NCBI GenBank assembly: GCA_963828255.1
Contig: CAWHDZ010000008.1
Location: 96,001-160,000, forward strand
Direction of reading: 5' to 3'
Length of the DNA: 64,000 nt
From: an uncultured delta proteobacterium
GTDB taxonomy: Bacteria; Myxococcota; Myxococcia; Myxococcales; Anaeromyxobacteraceae
The position numbers and the translations under genes are program-made. Shown here one piece after another: positions 32,309 to 41,975 of the stretch (position 1 is the stretch's first letter; every line of letters starts with the position of its first letter). Under the pieces are notes generated by a model. That model was not told the origin of the DNA and did not search any database. It saw only the letters and a program-made list of their open reading frames with translations.

Positions 32309-32731
32309 TCAGGCTTCCTGGATGATTCCGAGGACGTCCTTCTCCAGCAGGGGTGAGGGCGTCACGACGACCTGCCTCCCGGCCACGTTCCAGGCGAAGC
32401 GGGGTTCGCCCTTGTGTCGGATGTAGGCGTCCCGAAGGTGGTCCGAGACGATCTGCACCTTCGCCGCCGAGAGCCCCTTGTCCTTCATGAGGAGCTTCAG
32501 ATTTCCTTCCCGGCCGTCCTGGAACCAGACCAGGCCGAACGTGCTGGGGGGCTTTCCGACGAACACCCAGAGCCCCTGCTCCCCGGGGACCACCTCCAGC
32601 TTGTCCTTCGTCTTCTGCGCGAGCCCCTCGAGCGCTGTCTTGTTCTTCTCCAGCTGAATGGCCGCCTGGCCCGTGGGGTCGAGGGGCTGATGCTCCGGCT
32701 CCCCTCCGAACAGCTTTCCGAGCAAACCCAT
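32309..32731 (-). CDS. Conserved hypothetical protein
   Basis: MGLLGKLFGG..., strong purine-rich ribosome-binding site, coding-like codon usage. Confidence 0.75.
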   Translation of the reverse strand: MGLLGKLFGGEPEHQPLDPTGQAAIQLEKNKTALEGLAQKTKDKLEVVPGEQGLWVFVGKPPSTFGLVWFQDGREGNLKLLMKDKGLSAAKVQIVSDHLRDAYIRHKGEPRFAWNVAGRQVVVTPSPLLEKDVLGIIQEA

Positions 32732-33036
32732 GTTCATCCTTCCTTCCTCCCGGCCAGTGCCCTGGAAAAAGGAGCAGGCCCCGACCGGAGGAATCCTCCA
32801 GATAGCGGCCCGGCTATCTGCTTCGCCTCCTCAGGCTCACGGCGAGCCCTCGGACCCTTGCCAAGAAGACAACATCGCACCGCACCGATCAAGGGCCGCG
32901 CGCTGATTTCGGGCCACGAGGGCGGCGGCGGGCGAGTTCCTGCCGCGATGCGTCGCGACTTCGGGGGCGCTGGGCGGATAGCATCGTGCCTTGGCTCGCG
33001 GGATCCCCCGAAACGGACGCCGGTGAAGGAGGGGAC

Positions 33037-33630
33037 GTGATCTCTCGCCTCCTCGAGGGCAACAAGCAGTTCGTCGAGACCCTCTTCGTCACGGAGAAGG
33101 CCTACTACTCGGAGCTGGCCCGCGAGCAGAGGCCGACCGTGCTCTGGATCGGCTGCTCCGATTCGCGACTATCCGTGAACGTCATCACCGGGACCCGTCC
33201 CGGCGAGGTCTTCGTCCACCGGAACGTGGGCAATGTCGTGGCCGAGAACGACTGGAACCTGTCCGCGGTCCTCGAGTTCTCCATCAACCACCTCCACATC
33301 CCCGACGTCGTGATCTGCGGTCACTATGGTTGCGGAGGGATCGCGGCGCTCGAAACGGAGGACTCGGAGGATCGGTACATCCCGATCTGGCTCAACAACG
33401 CCTCCAAGGCGAGGGACCGCGTGGACGACCGGCTCCGCTCCCAGCGCGTGGAGGTGTCGCCCGAGCAGCGCCACCGGGCCATCGTGGAGGAGAACGTCCG
33501 CCTGCAGCTCGAGCATCTTCACCGGTACCCTTTCGTCCGGCGGGCCACGCGGGAGGGGAGGCTCCGGACCCACGGATGGGTTTACGACATGGGCGACGGA
33601 CGGATCCGGACGGTCGAACCGACCGGGTGA
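33037..33630 (+). CDS. Beta-class carbonic anhydrase
   Basis: CSDSR, FVHRNVGN, GHYGCGG; AGGAGG before GTG. Confidence 0.93.
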   Translation: MISRLLEGNKQFVETLFVTEKAYYSELAREQRPTVLWIGCSDSRLSVNVITGTRPGEVFVHRNVGNVVAENDWNLSAVLEFSINHLHIPDVVICGHYGCGGIAALETEDSEDRYIPIWLNNASKARDRVDDRLRSQRVEVSPEQRHRAIVEENVRLQLEHLHRYPFVRRATREGRLRTHGWVYDMGDGRIRTVEPTG

Positions 33631-33735
33631 GCACGCGGTACGACCGTCCGATGCCAGGCCCCCGGCCTCCGGGGGTCACCGGAGCCTTCGGGGGCGGCCC
33701 TGGCGATCAGGACCGGGATCGTCTATTTTGCCGCC

Positions 33736-35262
33736 GTGCGCGTCTTCCTGGTCTACGTGAGGGATGAGGACTACTTCCACCTGCTGCCTCCGGCGGCGGG
33801 TGACGACGCTCCCGATGCACGCTTGCGGGCGATGGCCTTCCCCCCGCTGGGCATCCAGACGCTCGCCCCCATCCTGCGCCGGGCCGGCCACACCGTCCGG
33901 ATGTTCGACACCTGCCACCCGCGCATGCGGGCCGACGGGGTCGCCGAGGCGGCCCGGCAGGACGCCCCCGACGTCATCGCCCTCTCCTTTCTCTCGGTGA
34001 CCGCCTACCCGGGTCTGAAGAACTTCGCCCGCAAGGTGAAGGTGGCGAACCCTGGCATCCCCATCATCGTGGGCGGCGCCTTCGCCTCCATCAACGCGAG
34101 CAAGATCCTGGCCGACTGTCCCTTCATCGACCACGTCGGCGTGGGCGAGGGCGAGGACCTGCTCGTCGACTACCTCGACAACCTCCACGGCGGCCTGGGC
34201 AACGTGGCGGGGCTGGTCTGGCGGGACGGCGGCGAGATCGTGAAGAACGTCCCGCGCCCGCTGCTCCGGGACCTGGACAAGTACCCGTACCCGGATCGCA
34301 CCTCGCTCCCCATCGACTACATCGAGTCGCTGCCGCTCGACGTCCCGGCGGTGCTCTCGCTCGACAAGTTCTGCACCATCCAGACCTCGCGGGGCTGCCC
34401 CTACACCTGCATCTACTGCGACATCCCCTCGCTCGGCGAGGGCAAGTGGCGCAGCCGCTCCGCCGAGCACGTGCTGGGCGAGATGCAGGAGCTCTCCGAC
34501 CAGGGCTACCGCTCCATCTACCTCACCGACGACCACTTCCTGCTCAAGCGCAAGCGCATCGCCGACATCTGCAACGGCATCATCGACCGCAAGCTCAAGT
34601 TCCACTGGGGGTGCGAGGGGCGGGTGGACTCGATGGGCATCGAGGCGCTCCCGCTCATGGGGAAGGCCCACTGCGACATGCTGGCCTACGGCATCGAGGC
34701 CGGCACGCAGAAGATGCTCGACCGGCTGGGCAAGAAGCAGCAGCTCGAGCAGATCGAGCTCGCGGTGGGCGAGGCCAAGAAGCACGGCATCGCCCGGGTG
34801 CACGGCTTCTTCGTCATCGGCGGGCCGGGCGAGACCGCCGAGGACATCCGCGAGACCTTCCGCTTCGCGGCCCGGCTGCCCATCGACACCTTCGGCTTCA
34901 ACCGGCTGGCCGTCTACCGGGGAACGCCGCTCTGGAACGAGTACGCCAGCCGAGGCATCGTCGACGACGACCGGGACTGGGACAAGACCTTCAAGTGCTG
35001 CGACATCGACCCGGACACGGTCCCCAACGACGAGGTCAACGCGCTGCGGATGAAGGGCTACGTGTCGCTGCTGCTGACCCGCATCGTGAAGAGTCCGGTG
35101 CGGACCTGGGGGCTCTTCCGCACCTTCAACCGGCACATGCCGGCCCGCGACCTCTTCCGGCTCATCAGCGGCCCGTTCCGCAAGAAGCCGGGTCCCGCGC
35201 CTGCCCTGCCGGCGCCGATGGTGGACGCCGGGATCAAGGTCCCCGTCCGGCTGGCGAGCTGA
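33736..35262 (+). CDS. B12-binding radical SAM protein
   Basis: PPLG, GGAFAS, GEGE, SRGCPYTCIYC. Confidence 0.92.
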   Translation: MRVFLVYVRDEDYFHLLPPAAGDDAPDARLRAMAFPPLGIQTLAPILRRAGHTVRMFDTCHPRMRADGVAEAARQDAPDVIALSFLSVTAYPGLKNFARKVKVANPGIPIIVGGAFASINASKILADCPFIDHVGVGEGEDLLVDYLDNLHGGLGNVAGLVWRDGGEIVKNVPRPLLRDLDKYPYPDRTSLPIDYIESLPLDVPAVLSLDKFCTIQTSRGCPYTCIYCDIPSLGEGKWRSRSAEHVLGEMQELSDQGYRSIYLTDDHFLLKRKRIADICNGIIDRKLKFHWGCEGRVDSMGIEALPLMGKAHCDMLAYGIEAGTQKMLDRLGKKQQLEQIELAVGEAKKHGIARVHGFFVIGGPGETAEDIRETFRFAARLPIDTFGFNRLAVYRGTPLWNEYASRGIVDDDRDWDKTFKCCDIDPDTVPNDEVNALRMKGYVSLLLTRIVKSPVRTWGLFRTFNRHMPARDLFRLISGPFRKKPGPAPALPAPMVDAGIKVPVRLAS

Positions 35263-35280
35263 ACCCGCCGGCCGCGCCGC

Positions 35281-36081
35281 CTACCCGACCAGGTCCTCGG
35301 TTCCGTCCACGCCGAGCACGTTGCCGGTGAGCCAGGTGGTGTCGGGCCGGGACAGCGCCACGATCACCGCCGCCACGTCGGCCGGGGTGGTGAGCCGCTT
35401 GGCCGGGTGGATGGCCAGGCAGTGCTCGATCATCAAGGCGTTGCCGGGAATCTTGCGGAGCGCCGGCGTGTCGGTGACCCCGGCCCGCACCGCGTTCACC
35501 CCGATCTTGCGCGGCACGAGCTCCACGGCGAGCTGCCGGCAGTGGCTCTCGAGCGCCGACTTGGCGGCGGACACGGCGCCGTAGGACGGCCAGATGCGGT
35601 GGCCGCCGGCGCTGGTCATGGCGTAGACGTGGGACCCCGGCCCCATGAGGCCGGCCTGGAGCACGTCCTGGGTCCAGTAGACGAGGCTGTGGGCCATCAC
35701 GTCGAGCGTCATGTCCATCTGCGTGCGGGTGATGGAGTCGGCCGCGGTGTCGGCGACGAAGGGCTTCAGCGTGCCGAAGGCGAGCGAGTGGACGAGGACG
35801 TCCACGCCGGCCGGGCTTCCCTCCCCGGCCAGGACGCGGTTCATCTCGGCGACCACCTCGGCGCGCTTCTCGGCGTCGGCGGCGTTGACGTTGAAGAAGA
35901 CCGCCTTGCCTCCCGCCGCGGCGATCTCCGACTGGATGCGGTCCACGTTGGCGAGGGTGGCACGGCGGTCGAGGTGCACGCCGAAGACGTTGCGGCCGGC
36001 ACGGGCGAGCGCCAGCGAGATGGCCTCGCCGAATCCGGACGACGCTCCGAGGACGAGGGCCCATTTCCGCGTGTTTGGCAT
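35281..36081 (-). CDS. SDR oxidoreductase, enoyl-ACP reductase (FabL/FabI-like)
   Basis: GASSGFG, YGAVSAAK, VNAVRAG. Confidence 0.85.
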   Translation of the reverse strand: MPNTRKWALVLGASSGFGEAISLALARAGRNVFGVHLDRRATLANVDRIQSEIAAAGGKAVFFNVNAADAEKRAEVVAEMNRVLAGEGSPAGVDVLVHSLAFGTLKPFVADTAADSITRTQMDMTLDVMAHSLVYWTQDVLQAGLMGPGSHVYAMTSAGGHRIWPSYGAVSAAKSALESHCRQLAVELVPRKIGVNAVRAGVTDTPALRKIPGNALMIEHCLAIHPAKRLTTPADVAAVIVALSRPDTTWLTGNVLGVDGTEDLVG

Positions 36082-36301
36082 CGGCAGAAGATGGTCGAGC
36101 GGGCCGCTCCGGTCAAGCCGGTACACGGGGTCCTGGTCCCCCGGGCGTCGAACCTCTGGATGACGTCCCTGCGCCAGACGGCGACGCGCATCAGCCACGG
36201 GAGCGGGGTTCGCTCGTGGCTTCGCTGGATCCACTTGCTGGGCATCGCTCTTCGTTCCCTCCGGACGGTCCGGCAGGCGGTGGTAATGTACGAACCCGCC
36301 C

Positions 36302-37645
36302 ATGACCGACGACCGCTCCCTCGCCGCCGCCACCGCCACCGCCATCCTGGGTGTGGACACGCTCTGGGGCGGCGACGTCCTCGATCCCTCGGGCGCAGGG
36401 CGCTTCATCGCCGACTCCTGGTTCTCCGACGAGCCGCTCCCGGTCGCCTACACCCACCCGGCGGCGGCGTGGCTGCGGAAGTCGGGCGGCGTGGCCACGA
36501 AGGAGGCCGACCCCGGCGCGGTGGACGCCTACCTCGCGGCGGTGGACGTGCCGGGCGCGGTGCGCGACCTGGCGGCCCGGAGCCGGGAGATGGGCGGGCT
36601 GCGCGGCGCCTACCTCGAGGGCGTGGCGGACAGCCTCTCGGTGATGTGGGACCTGGCCCAGGAGCTGCTCGGGCGGGGGCCGGCGGTGCCCTATGAACGC
36701 TGCGTGAAATCCTCCTGCGGCGCGCCCCCCACTCCGTCCCGTCCGGAGGAGAAGCGGCGGCGCGTCGCCGAGCTGCTGGCCCGGGCCGGCCACCCCTCCC
36801 GCACGCCGGGGGAGCTCCTCTCCGCCGTGGAGGCCTGGCGCGCCGGACGGCTCGTTCCGCGCCACTCCATCCGGCAGCTCTCCGACGCCTTCGTGGCCTG
36901 GCTCGAGGAGGGGACGCGAAGGCACGTGGTGCCGCACCTGCCCGCCTCCCTCCACGGCGTCCCGCGCGCCAACGTGCGCTTCCTGCCCCTGGCGGACGCC
37001 GTGTTCTCCGGATCCATGAACTACGTGGGGCGGGCCCGGGACGCGGACGGCGCGCCGCTCTACGAGGCCACCTACGAGCTCAACGCCTCGCTCCAGATCT
37101 CGGTGCCGGAGTTCGCCGACCTGGTGGCCCACGAGGTGGTGCCGGGGCACGCCACCACCTTCGCGCTGGCGCAGGGGCTCCACGTGCAGGGGAAGCTCGG
37201 CTTCGAGGGAACCGTGCTCACCATGAACACGCGGGGGGCCACGCTCTTCGAGGGGATCGCCAACAACGCCATCCTCATGGCCTTCGGCGTGAACGAGGTC
37301 GAGGATCTCCCCGACGAGGACCTCCAGCTGGGAACCCTCCTCTTCCTCCTGCAGGACGACGCCAAGAACCAGTCTTCCTGGCTCACCTGGGGCGAGGGGC
37401 GGCCGCAAGCGGAGGTCGCCGCCACGCTGCGGGCCGACTACCTGGTCTCGGCGGAGCGGGCCGACAAGCTCTCCGGCGCCTGGGGACGCCACCCGCTCCT
37501 GGGCCGCATGTACCTGCCCGCCTACCGCGCGGGGACCGAGAAGGTGGCGGCGCTCCGCCGCGCCCACCCGCCCGGGCGGATCATCCCGGCCCTCTTCGGC
37601 GTGAACGGGCTCGTGGACGTGGTCACCATCGACCAGGTGCTCTGA
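36302..37645 (+). CDS. Hypothetical protein with DUF885-like zinc-peptidase motif
   Basis: AHEVVPGH and FEGIA motifs. Confidence 0.65.
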   Translation: MTDDRSLAAATATAILGVDTLWGGDVLDPSGAGRFIADSWFSDEPLPVAYTHPAAAWLRKSGGVATKEADPGAVDAYLAAVDVPGAVRDLAARSREMGGLRGAYLEGVADSLSVMWDLAQELLGRGPAVPYERCVKSSCGAPPTPSRPEEKRRRVAELLARAGHPSRTPGELLSAVEAWRAGRLVPRHSIRQLSDAFVAWLEEGTRRHVVPHLPASLHGVPRANVRFLPLADAVFSGSMNYVGRARDADGAPLYEATYELNASLQISVPEFADLVAHEVVPGHATTFALAQGLHVQGKLGFEGTVLTMNTRGATLFEGIANNAILMAFGVNEVEDLPDEDLQLGTLLFLLQDDAKNQSSWLTWGEGRPQAEVAATLRADYLVSAERADKLSGAWGRHPLLGRMYLPAYRAGTEKVAALRRAHPPGRIIPALFGVNGLVDVVTIDQVL

Positions 37646-37723
37646 GGCCGCTTCGGGTGACACAAGCATTCGGGACTTTGCGACGTCGCTCCCCGGGCCA
37701 AGACTGTTGACCGGGGGGGAGCC

Positions 37724-38179
37724 ATGTCCGGGTATCGTCGGATCTGCTGTCCGGTCGATTTCTCCGACCCGTCGCGCCTCGCCCTGGAGGAAGCCGCCCG
37801 GCTGGCCCGCCGCGAGGGCGCCTCGCTGACCGTCCTCCACGTGCCCGAGGCCCCCAGGCCGGCTCTCGCGATCCCCTACGCGCCGCCCCCTGTGTGGCAG
37901 GACGAGGGCGCTCCCCCCGAACTCGAGGCGTGGCGGGCGGAGGCCGAGAGCCTCCGGGGCGGGACCGTGGACTCCGTCCTGCTCGGCCAGCCCGTGGCTC
38001 CGGCCATCGCCGGGTTTGCCCGGGCGACCGGCGTGGACCTGATCGTCGTCGGGAGCCACGGGAGGACCGGGCTGGCCCGGCTCGTGGTGGGCTCGGTGGC
38101 GGAGGCGGTCGTGCGGAGCGCGCCGTGTTCCGTGCTGGTGGTCCGGTCGCCGGAAGGCGTGCCCCCTGCGGCGGGTTAA
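37724..38179 (+). CDS. Universal stress protein
   Basis: PVDFS, GSHGRTG..GSVAE..APCSVLVV. Confidence 0.92.
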   Translation: MSGYRRICCPVDFSDPSRLALEEAARLARREGASLTVLHVPEAPRPALAIPYAPPPVWQDEGAPPELEAWRAEAESLRGGTVDSVLLGQPVAPAIAGFARATGVDLIVVGSHGRTGLARLVVGSVAEAVVRSAPCSVLVVRSPEGVPPAAG

Positions 38180-38189
38180 GATTCTCGCC

Positions 38190-39380
38190 ATGGCGACACC
38201 ATTCGCGGACCGAGGCTCCCTTCGGCTGGTCAAGGGCTCCCTGCTGGCGGCGTTCCTCGCATCCGCCTGCTCCTCCTCCACCGGAACCAGCTACCTGGCG
38301 CAGTCCATCGCGGTGGCCGACCTGGACGGCGACGGCCGGCCCGACATCCTCTCCGCCATGGCCGCGGCCCCACCGCCGGGGTTCCTGAGCGCCCGCATCC
38401 AGGCGCCGGGGACACCGGGCACCTTCGCGAATCCGGTGCGGAGCCCGACCGGTGGCGATCCCGTGGCCATCGCCGTGGGGGACCTGGATGGCGACGGACT
38501 CCCCGACGTCGCCGTCGCCGATGCCGCCCCGGCGGCGGACGGCAGTCACGCATTGGATGTCCAGTTCCGGGTCGCGGGGACGCCGGGGGCCTTCTCCGCG
38601 CCGGTCGCGCTCCCCCTCGGAACGCTCACGCCGCGCGACCTCGCGCTCGCCGACCTGGACGCCGACGGCAGGCTCGACATCGCGGTGGCCGCGGCCGGTT
38701 CGAACGACGTCCAGGTGCTCTTCCAGCAGGCGCCGGGGACCTTCGCCGCTCCCGTCGGGTTCCCCGTCGGAGGAGGGCCCACCGCCGTCGCGGGCGCAGC
38801 GCTCGCCGGCACGGGTGGCACGGACCTCGTCGTCGTCACCGCCAGCGGGAAGCTCTCGGTCCTCGTCCGCGGGCCGACCCCGGGGACGTTCCTCCCCGCC
38901 GTGAGCTATGCGGCCGGGACGAGCCCGGCGGCCGTCCAGGTCGCCGACATGAACGGGGACCTCTTGCCGGACGTGGTCGTCGCCGGCTACGACGGGACGC
39001 TGCTGCTCTTCCTGCAGGCCCCGGCCGGCGAGGGCACCCTCCTGCCGCCGGTGGTGCACGACACCCTCGACTACGGCTCCTGCTCGATCGCCATCGGCGA
39101 CATCGACGGCGACGGCCGGCCCGACGTGGTGGTGGCGAACGCGGGCCCTCCGGGCTACCCGGGATCGGTTTCCGTGTTCATGCAGGATCACGGCGTTCCG
39201 GGGCAACTCGGACCGCCGGTGCGGTACCCGGGCTACTGGGGGCCGCTCTCGGTGGCGCTCGGCGACCTCGACGGCGACGGACTGCTCGACATGGCCGTGG
39301 CCGACGGGACCCCATACGTCCGCTTCCAGAGCACGGTGACGCCGGGGCTGTTCCTGCCCCCCACCTGGCTCAAGTTCTGA
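38190..39380 (+). CDS. FG-GAP/VCBS repeat lipoprotein
   Basis: Repeated DLDGDGRPD motifs; LASAC lipobox. Confidence 0.88.
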   Translation: MATPFADRGSLRLVKGSLLAAFLASACSSSTGTSYLAQSIAVADLDGDGRPDILSAMAAAPPPGFLSARIQAPGTPGTFANPVRSPTGGDPVAIAVGDLDGDGLPDVAVADAAPAADGSHALDVQFRVAGTPGAFSAPVALPLGTLTPRDLALADLDADGRLDIAVAAAGSNDVQVLFQQAPGTFAAPVGFPVGGGPTAVAGAALAGTGGTDLVVVTASGKLSVLVRGPTPGTFLPAVSYAAGTSPAAVQVADMNGDLLPDVVVAGYDGTLLLFLQAPAGEGTLLPPVVHDTLDYGSCSIAIGDIDGDGRPDVVVANAGPPGYPGSVSVFMQDHGVPGQLGPPVRYPGYWGPLSVALGDLDGDGLLDMAVADGTPYVRFQSTVTPGLFLPPTWLKF

Positions 39381-39422
39381 GCCGAACTGGCCCGGGAAGG
39401 CCGGTCGTTGTAATCAGTCCTC

Positions 39423-39941
39423 GTGCGCCAGACCATTCCCCTCCGGGAGCGTCCCGTAGACTGGATCCTGCTCGGGTTCTTCGTGGTGAACCTCGGCTTC
39501 ATCACCTACATCGTCGATCTCGAGCAGCTGGTGATCGCCGACGTCACGCGGTTCGAGTACCCGTTCTGGCCGCCGCGCGCGCTCGTGGACCTCGTCCACT
39601 GGTGGGGAAACAACTTCGATCCGCTCCAGAACGCCAGGCCGGCCTGGTGGCGCGCCACCATCTGGCTCGACGTCCTGCTGTTCGGGCCGTTCTACGTCGC
39701 GGCCATCTGGGCCATCGTCAAGGGGCGGGAGTGGATCCGCGTCCCGGCCATCTTCTGGTCCGGCGTGATGTTCGCCAACGTCTCCATCATCATGTTCGAG
39801 GAGTACTTCGGGCCCCACGCCACGCCGGCCCGCGGAATCGTGACCGTGGCCAACCTCCCGTGGTGGCTCCTGCCGCTCTTCGTGACCTGGAGGTTCGGGC
39901 GCAGCGAGCACCCGTTCAGCCGGGATGTGCCGACGCCCTGA
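39423..39941 (+). CDS. EXPERA/EBP-like membrane protein
   Basis: Four TM helices, DPL..P.W, GPFY, NLPW. Confidence 0.65.
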   Translation: MRQTIPLRERPVDWILLGFFVVNLGFITYIVDLEQLVIADVTRFEYPFWPPRALVDLVHWWGNNFDPLQNARPAWWRATIWLDVLLFGPFYVAAIWAIVKGREWIRVPAIFWSGVMFANVSIIMFEEYFGPHATPARGIVTVANLPWWLLPLFVTWRFGRSEHPFSRDVPTP

Positions 39942-40170
39942 CGACGGGCGACTCCACCGTGAAGGTGGATCCCTTGCCGACCTCGCTCTCCACGGTCAGC
40001 GTCCCGCCGTGGGTCGTCACGATGGTGTGGCACGACCTCCAGGCGCGCCATCTCCGGTCCAGCCGGTCCGATCCGGATCGTGATCGCTTCGGTCGTCCCG
40101 GGCGTCGTCGCCTTCGCTGCGTTGGTGAAGAGGTTCACCACCACCTGCTCGATCTGGCCGAAGGTCGCCA
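39940..40170 (-). pseudogene. HATPase_c fragment of a histidine kinase
   Basis: QIEQVVVNLFTNA, then HGGTLTVESEVGKGSTF in another frame. Confidence 0.7.
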
Positions 40171-40254
40171 CGACGCCCGACCGACGAGCCCGCTTCCTCC
40201 GGCTAGCCATGCGTGCGCTGGGCTCCGGGGTGACAGTGAGGGTGAAGGCTCGCG

Positions 40255-40582
40255 GTGAAGGGAAGGCCGTCGAGAAGGTTCTGGCGCTCACGGGTGGGAA
40301 GGGGGTGGACGTTGCCATCGAGGCGGTCGGAATCCTGGCGACGTTCGACGTGTGCCTGGACATCGTCGCGGCGGGGGGACACGTCGCCAACGTGGGCGTG
40401 CATGGCAAGCCCGTTTCCCTCAAGCTGGAGAAGCTCTGGATCCACAACGTCACGATCACGACGGGGCTCGTCGACACCAGCACGACGCCGATGCTGCTCA
40501 AGACCGTGGTGGCGGGTCGTCTCCAGCCGACGCGGACGCAGCGAAGGAGAAGGCGCTCAAGGTCATCATCCGGCGGGGGTGA
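40255..40582 (+). pseudogene. C-terminal fragment of a Zn-dependent alcohol dehydrogenase
   Basis: GVDVAIEAVG, ANVGVHGKP, ITTGLVD; ALKVII after an internal deletion. Confidence 0.75.
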
Positions 40583-40599
40583 CGTGGCGCGTTCCAACC

Positions 40600-40795
40600 G
40601 GGGACGAGGACGTAGGCGACGAGGTCCGGGTGCTGCCGGAGCGCGACGATGGCCTTCCGGGTGTCCCCGGTCCAGGTGCTCCCAGGTGTGGAGGGCGTCG
40701 ACGAAGACCACGTCCACGCCGTCCGCGAAAACCCGGGGCGCATCCGTCTCGAAGAAGGCGTCGCTGGTACGATCGAAGTACAGGACGCCGGGCTT
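40600..40795 (-). pseudogene. Fragment of a class I SAM methyltransferase (Methyltransf_24-like)
   Basis: TSDAFF..DVVFVDALHTWE joined out of frame to WTGDTRKAIVALR. Confidence 0.55.
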
Positions 40796-40897
40796 TAGAT
40801 ACGCACTGCCGTTCCCCCAGTATAGGCGGCTCTGTCCGGGGTGGCCCGCGTTGCGACGTGGTACACAGCCTTCTCGATCTCCTCAAAGGATTCCGCC

Positions 40898-41485
40898 ATG
40901 AAGCGTCTCGTCGCCGCAGCCGCTGCCCTCGCCACGCTCGCCACCACCGGGTGCGCCGGGATCACCGTCACCCAGCTCTGGCGGGATCCGGACTTCGCCT
41001 CCCGGCCGGGTACGCGCGTCTTCATCCTCGCCGCCATGGACAACAGCGCCAACCCCGCCCAGTTCGAGAATGCGATGGCCCAGGCGCTCCGGGCCAGGGG
41101 GTTCCAGGCAACGACGAACCTGGGCAACTTCCCCCCTGGCCGGATCAATCGGATGGCGATCCGGCAATACGTCGCCGAGAACCAGGTCGACCTGATCCTC
41201 ATGACGCGGCTCACCACCGAGCCCGCCACCCCGGTGGTCGTGACCAAGACGGCGGTTGTTTCCTCGGGCTGGCCCGGCAACTTCTCGAGCGTGGCGGGTT
41301 CCCAGACCATGGTCATCCAGGGCACCAACGTGAACGCCCGGGTCGAGGCCTTCGACGCCCGCACCGAACCCAACGCGCTCGTCTGGAGCGGCCAGTCGAA
41401 CACCGTCGACGTGCAGACCGCGCCGCAGTCGCTGGCGACAACGGTGGCGGCGGATCTCGTCGCGGCCCGGATCCTGGTCCGGTAG
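40898..41485 (+). CDS. Hypothetical lipoprotein (DUF4136-like)
   Basis: TTGC lipobox, WRDP, LVWSG. Confidence 0.7.
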   Translation: MKRLVAAAAALATLATTGCAGITVTQLWRDPDFASRPGTRVFILAAMDNSANPAQFENAMAQALRARGFQATTNLGNFPPGRINRMAIRQYVAENQVDLILMTRLTTEPATPVVVTKTAVVSSGWPGNFSSVAGSQTMVIQGTNVNARVEAFDARTEPNALVWSGQSNTVDVQTAPQSLATTVAADLVAARILVR

Positions 41486-41489
41486 CCGC

Positions 41490-41665
41490 CGCCAACCTCG
41501 GCCGCATCTTCGAGCCCTTCTTCACGACACGCAGAGGGGGCGAGGGCACGGGAACAGGCCTTGGCCTCGCGGTCTGCCAAGCCATCGTGGCCGCCCACGG
41601 CGGTGCGCTCACGGTCCAGGGCCAACTCGGCAAGGGTTCCACGTTTCGCATGGAACTACCGTCGG
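41490..41665 (+). pseudogene. HATPase_c C-terminal fragment
   Basis: RIFEPFFTT..GTGLGL..HGG..GKGSTF with no upstream gene body. Confidence 0.75.
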
Positions 41666-41696
41666 CACCGTTTCGGGGCCCCGCCGAAAGACAAGA

Positions 41697-41726
41697 GGCC
41701 CACCAGGATTTGCGTCCTGATGGGCC
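41697..41726 (-). terminator. Hairpin downstream of the tRNA fragment (second copy at 50205-50234 with U-tract)
   Basis: GGCCCA-CCAGGA...TCCTGA-TGGGCC stem; AAAA at 50201-50204 gives a U-tract on the minus strand. Confidence 0.7.
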
Positions 41727-41749
41727 GGTGTCGGCGCGAGTTGAAGAAG

Positions 41750-41791
41750 TGCCTGGACCCGGAATCGAACCAGGGACACGGGGATTTTCAG
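41750..41791 (-). tRNA. 3' half of tRNA-Phe(GAA) (att remnant, not a complete gene)
   Basis: Minus strand CTGAAAATCCCCGTGTCCCTGGTTCGATTCCGGGTCCAGGCA: anticodon loop, T-arm and acceptor strand; no 5' half. Confidence 0.88.
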
Positions 41792-41855
41792 GCCTGGTAC
41801 GGGAGTGGCCAAGGCCCCGGGATCCGCTGGAGAAACGGAGGAGGCGGGAGGGGGC

Positions 41856-41875
41856 TGAAGCACATTTGTGTCAGC
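41856..41875 (+). repeat. Candidate integrase arm-type site (pairs with 50101-50120)
   Basis: TGAAGCACATTTGTGTCAGC vs TGTAGCACATTTGTATCAGC, 18/20, one inside each element end. Confidence 0.7.
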
Positions 41876-41975
41876 CGGACGCGGGGAGCGAGGGGCAGCT
41901 GGACTTCGGGTTCGAGGACGACCGATGAGCCTCCGGGGTGACGAGAACTTCCGGTGGCACTATGCTTCCCCTGTC

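Larger units (their letters stand above)
41684..41791. repeat. Left att direct repeat (104/108 identical to 50192-50299): tRNA-Phe 3' half plus terminator
   Basis: Direct comparison of the two copies, offset 8508 bp. Confidence 0.93.

Noticed and set aside
38300..39300. Repeated GACCTGGACGGCGACGG nucleotide motifs
   Set aside because: Explained by FG-GAP protein repeats.
40255..41928. 557-aa ORF as a real kinase fusion
   Set aside because: It is a chance read-through of shadow frame, a HATPase scrap and the att/Int-tail segment.
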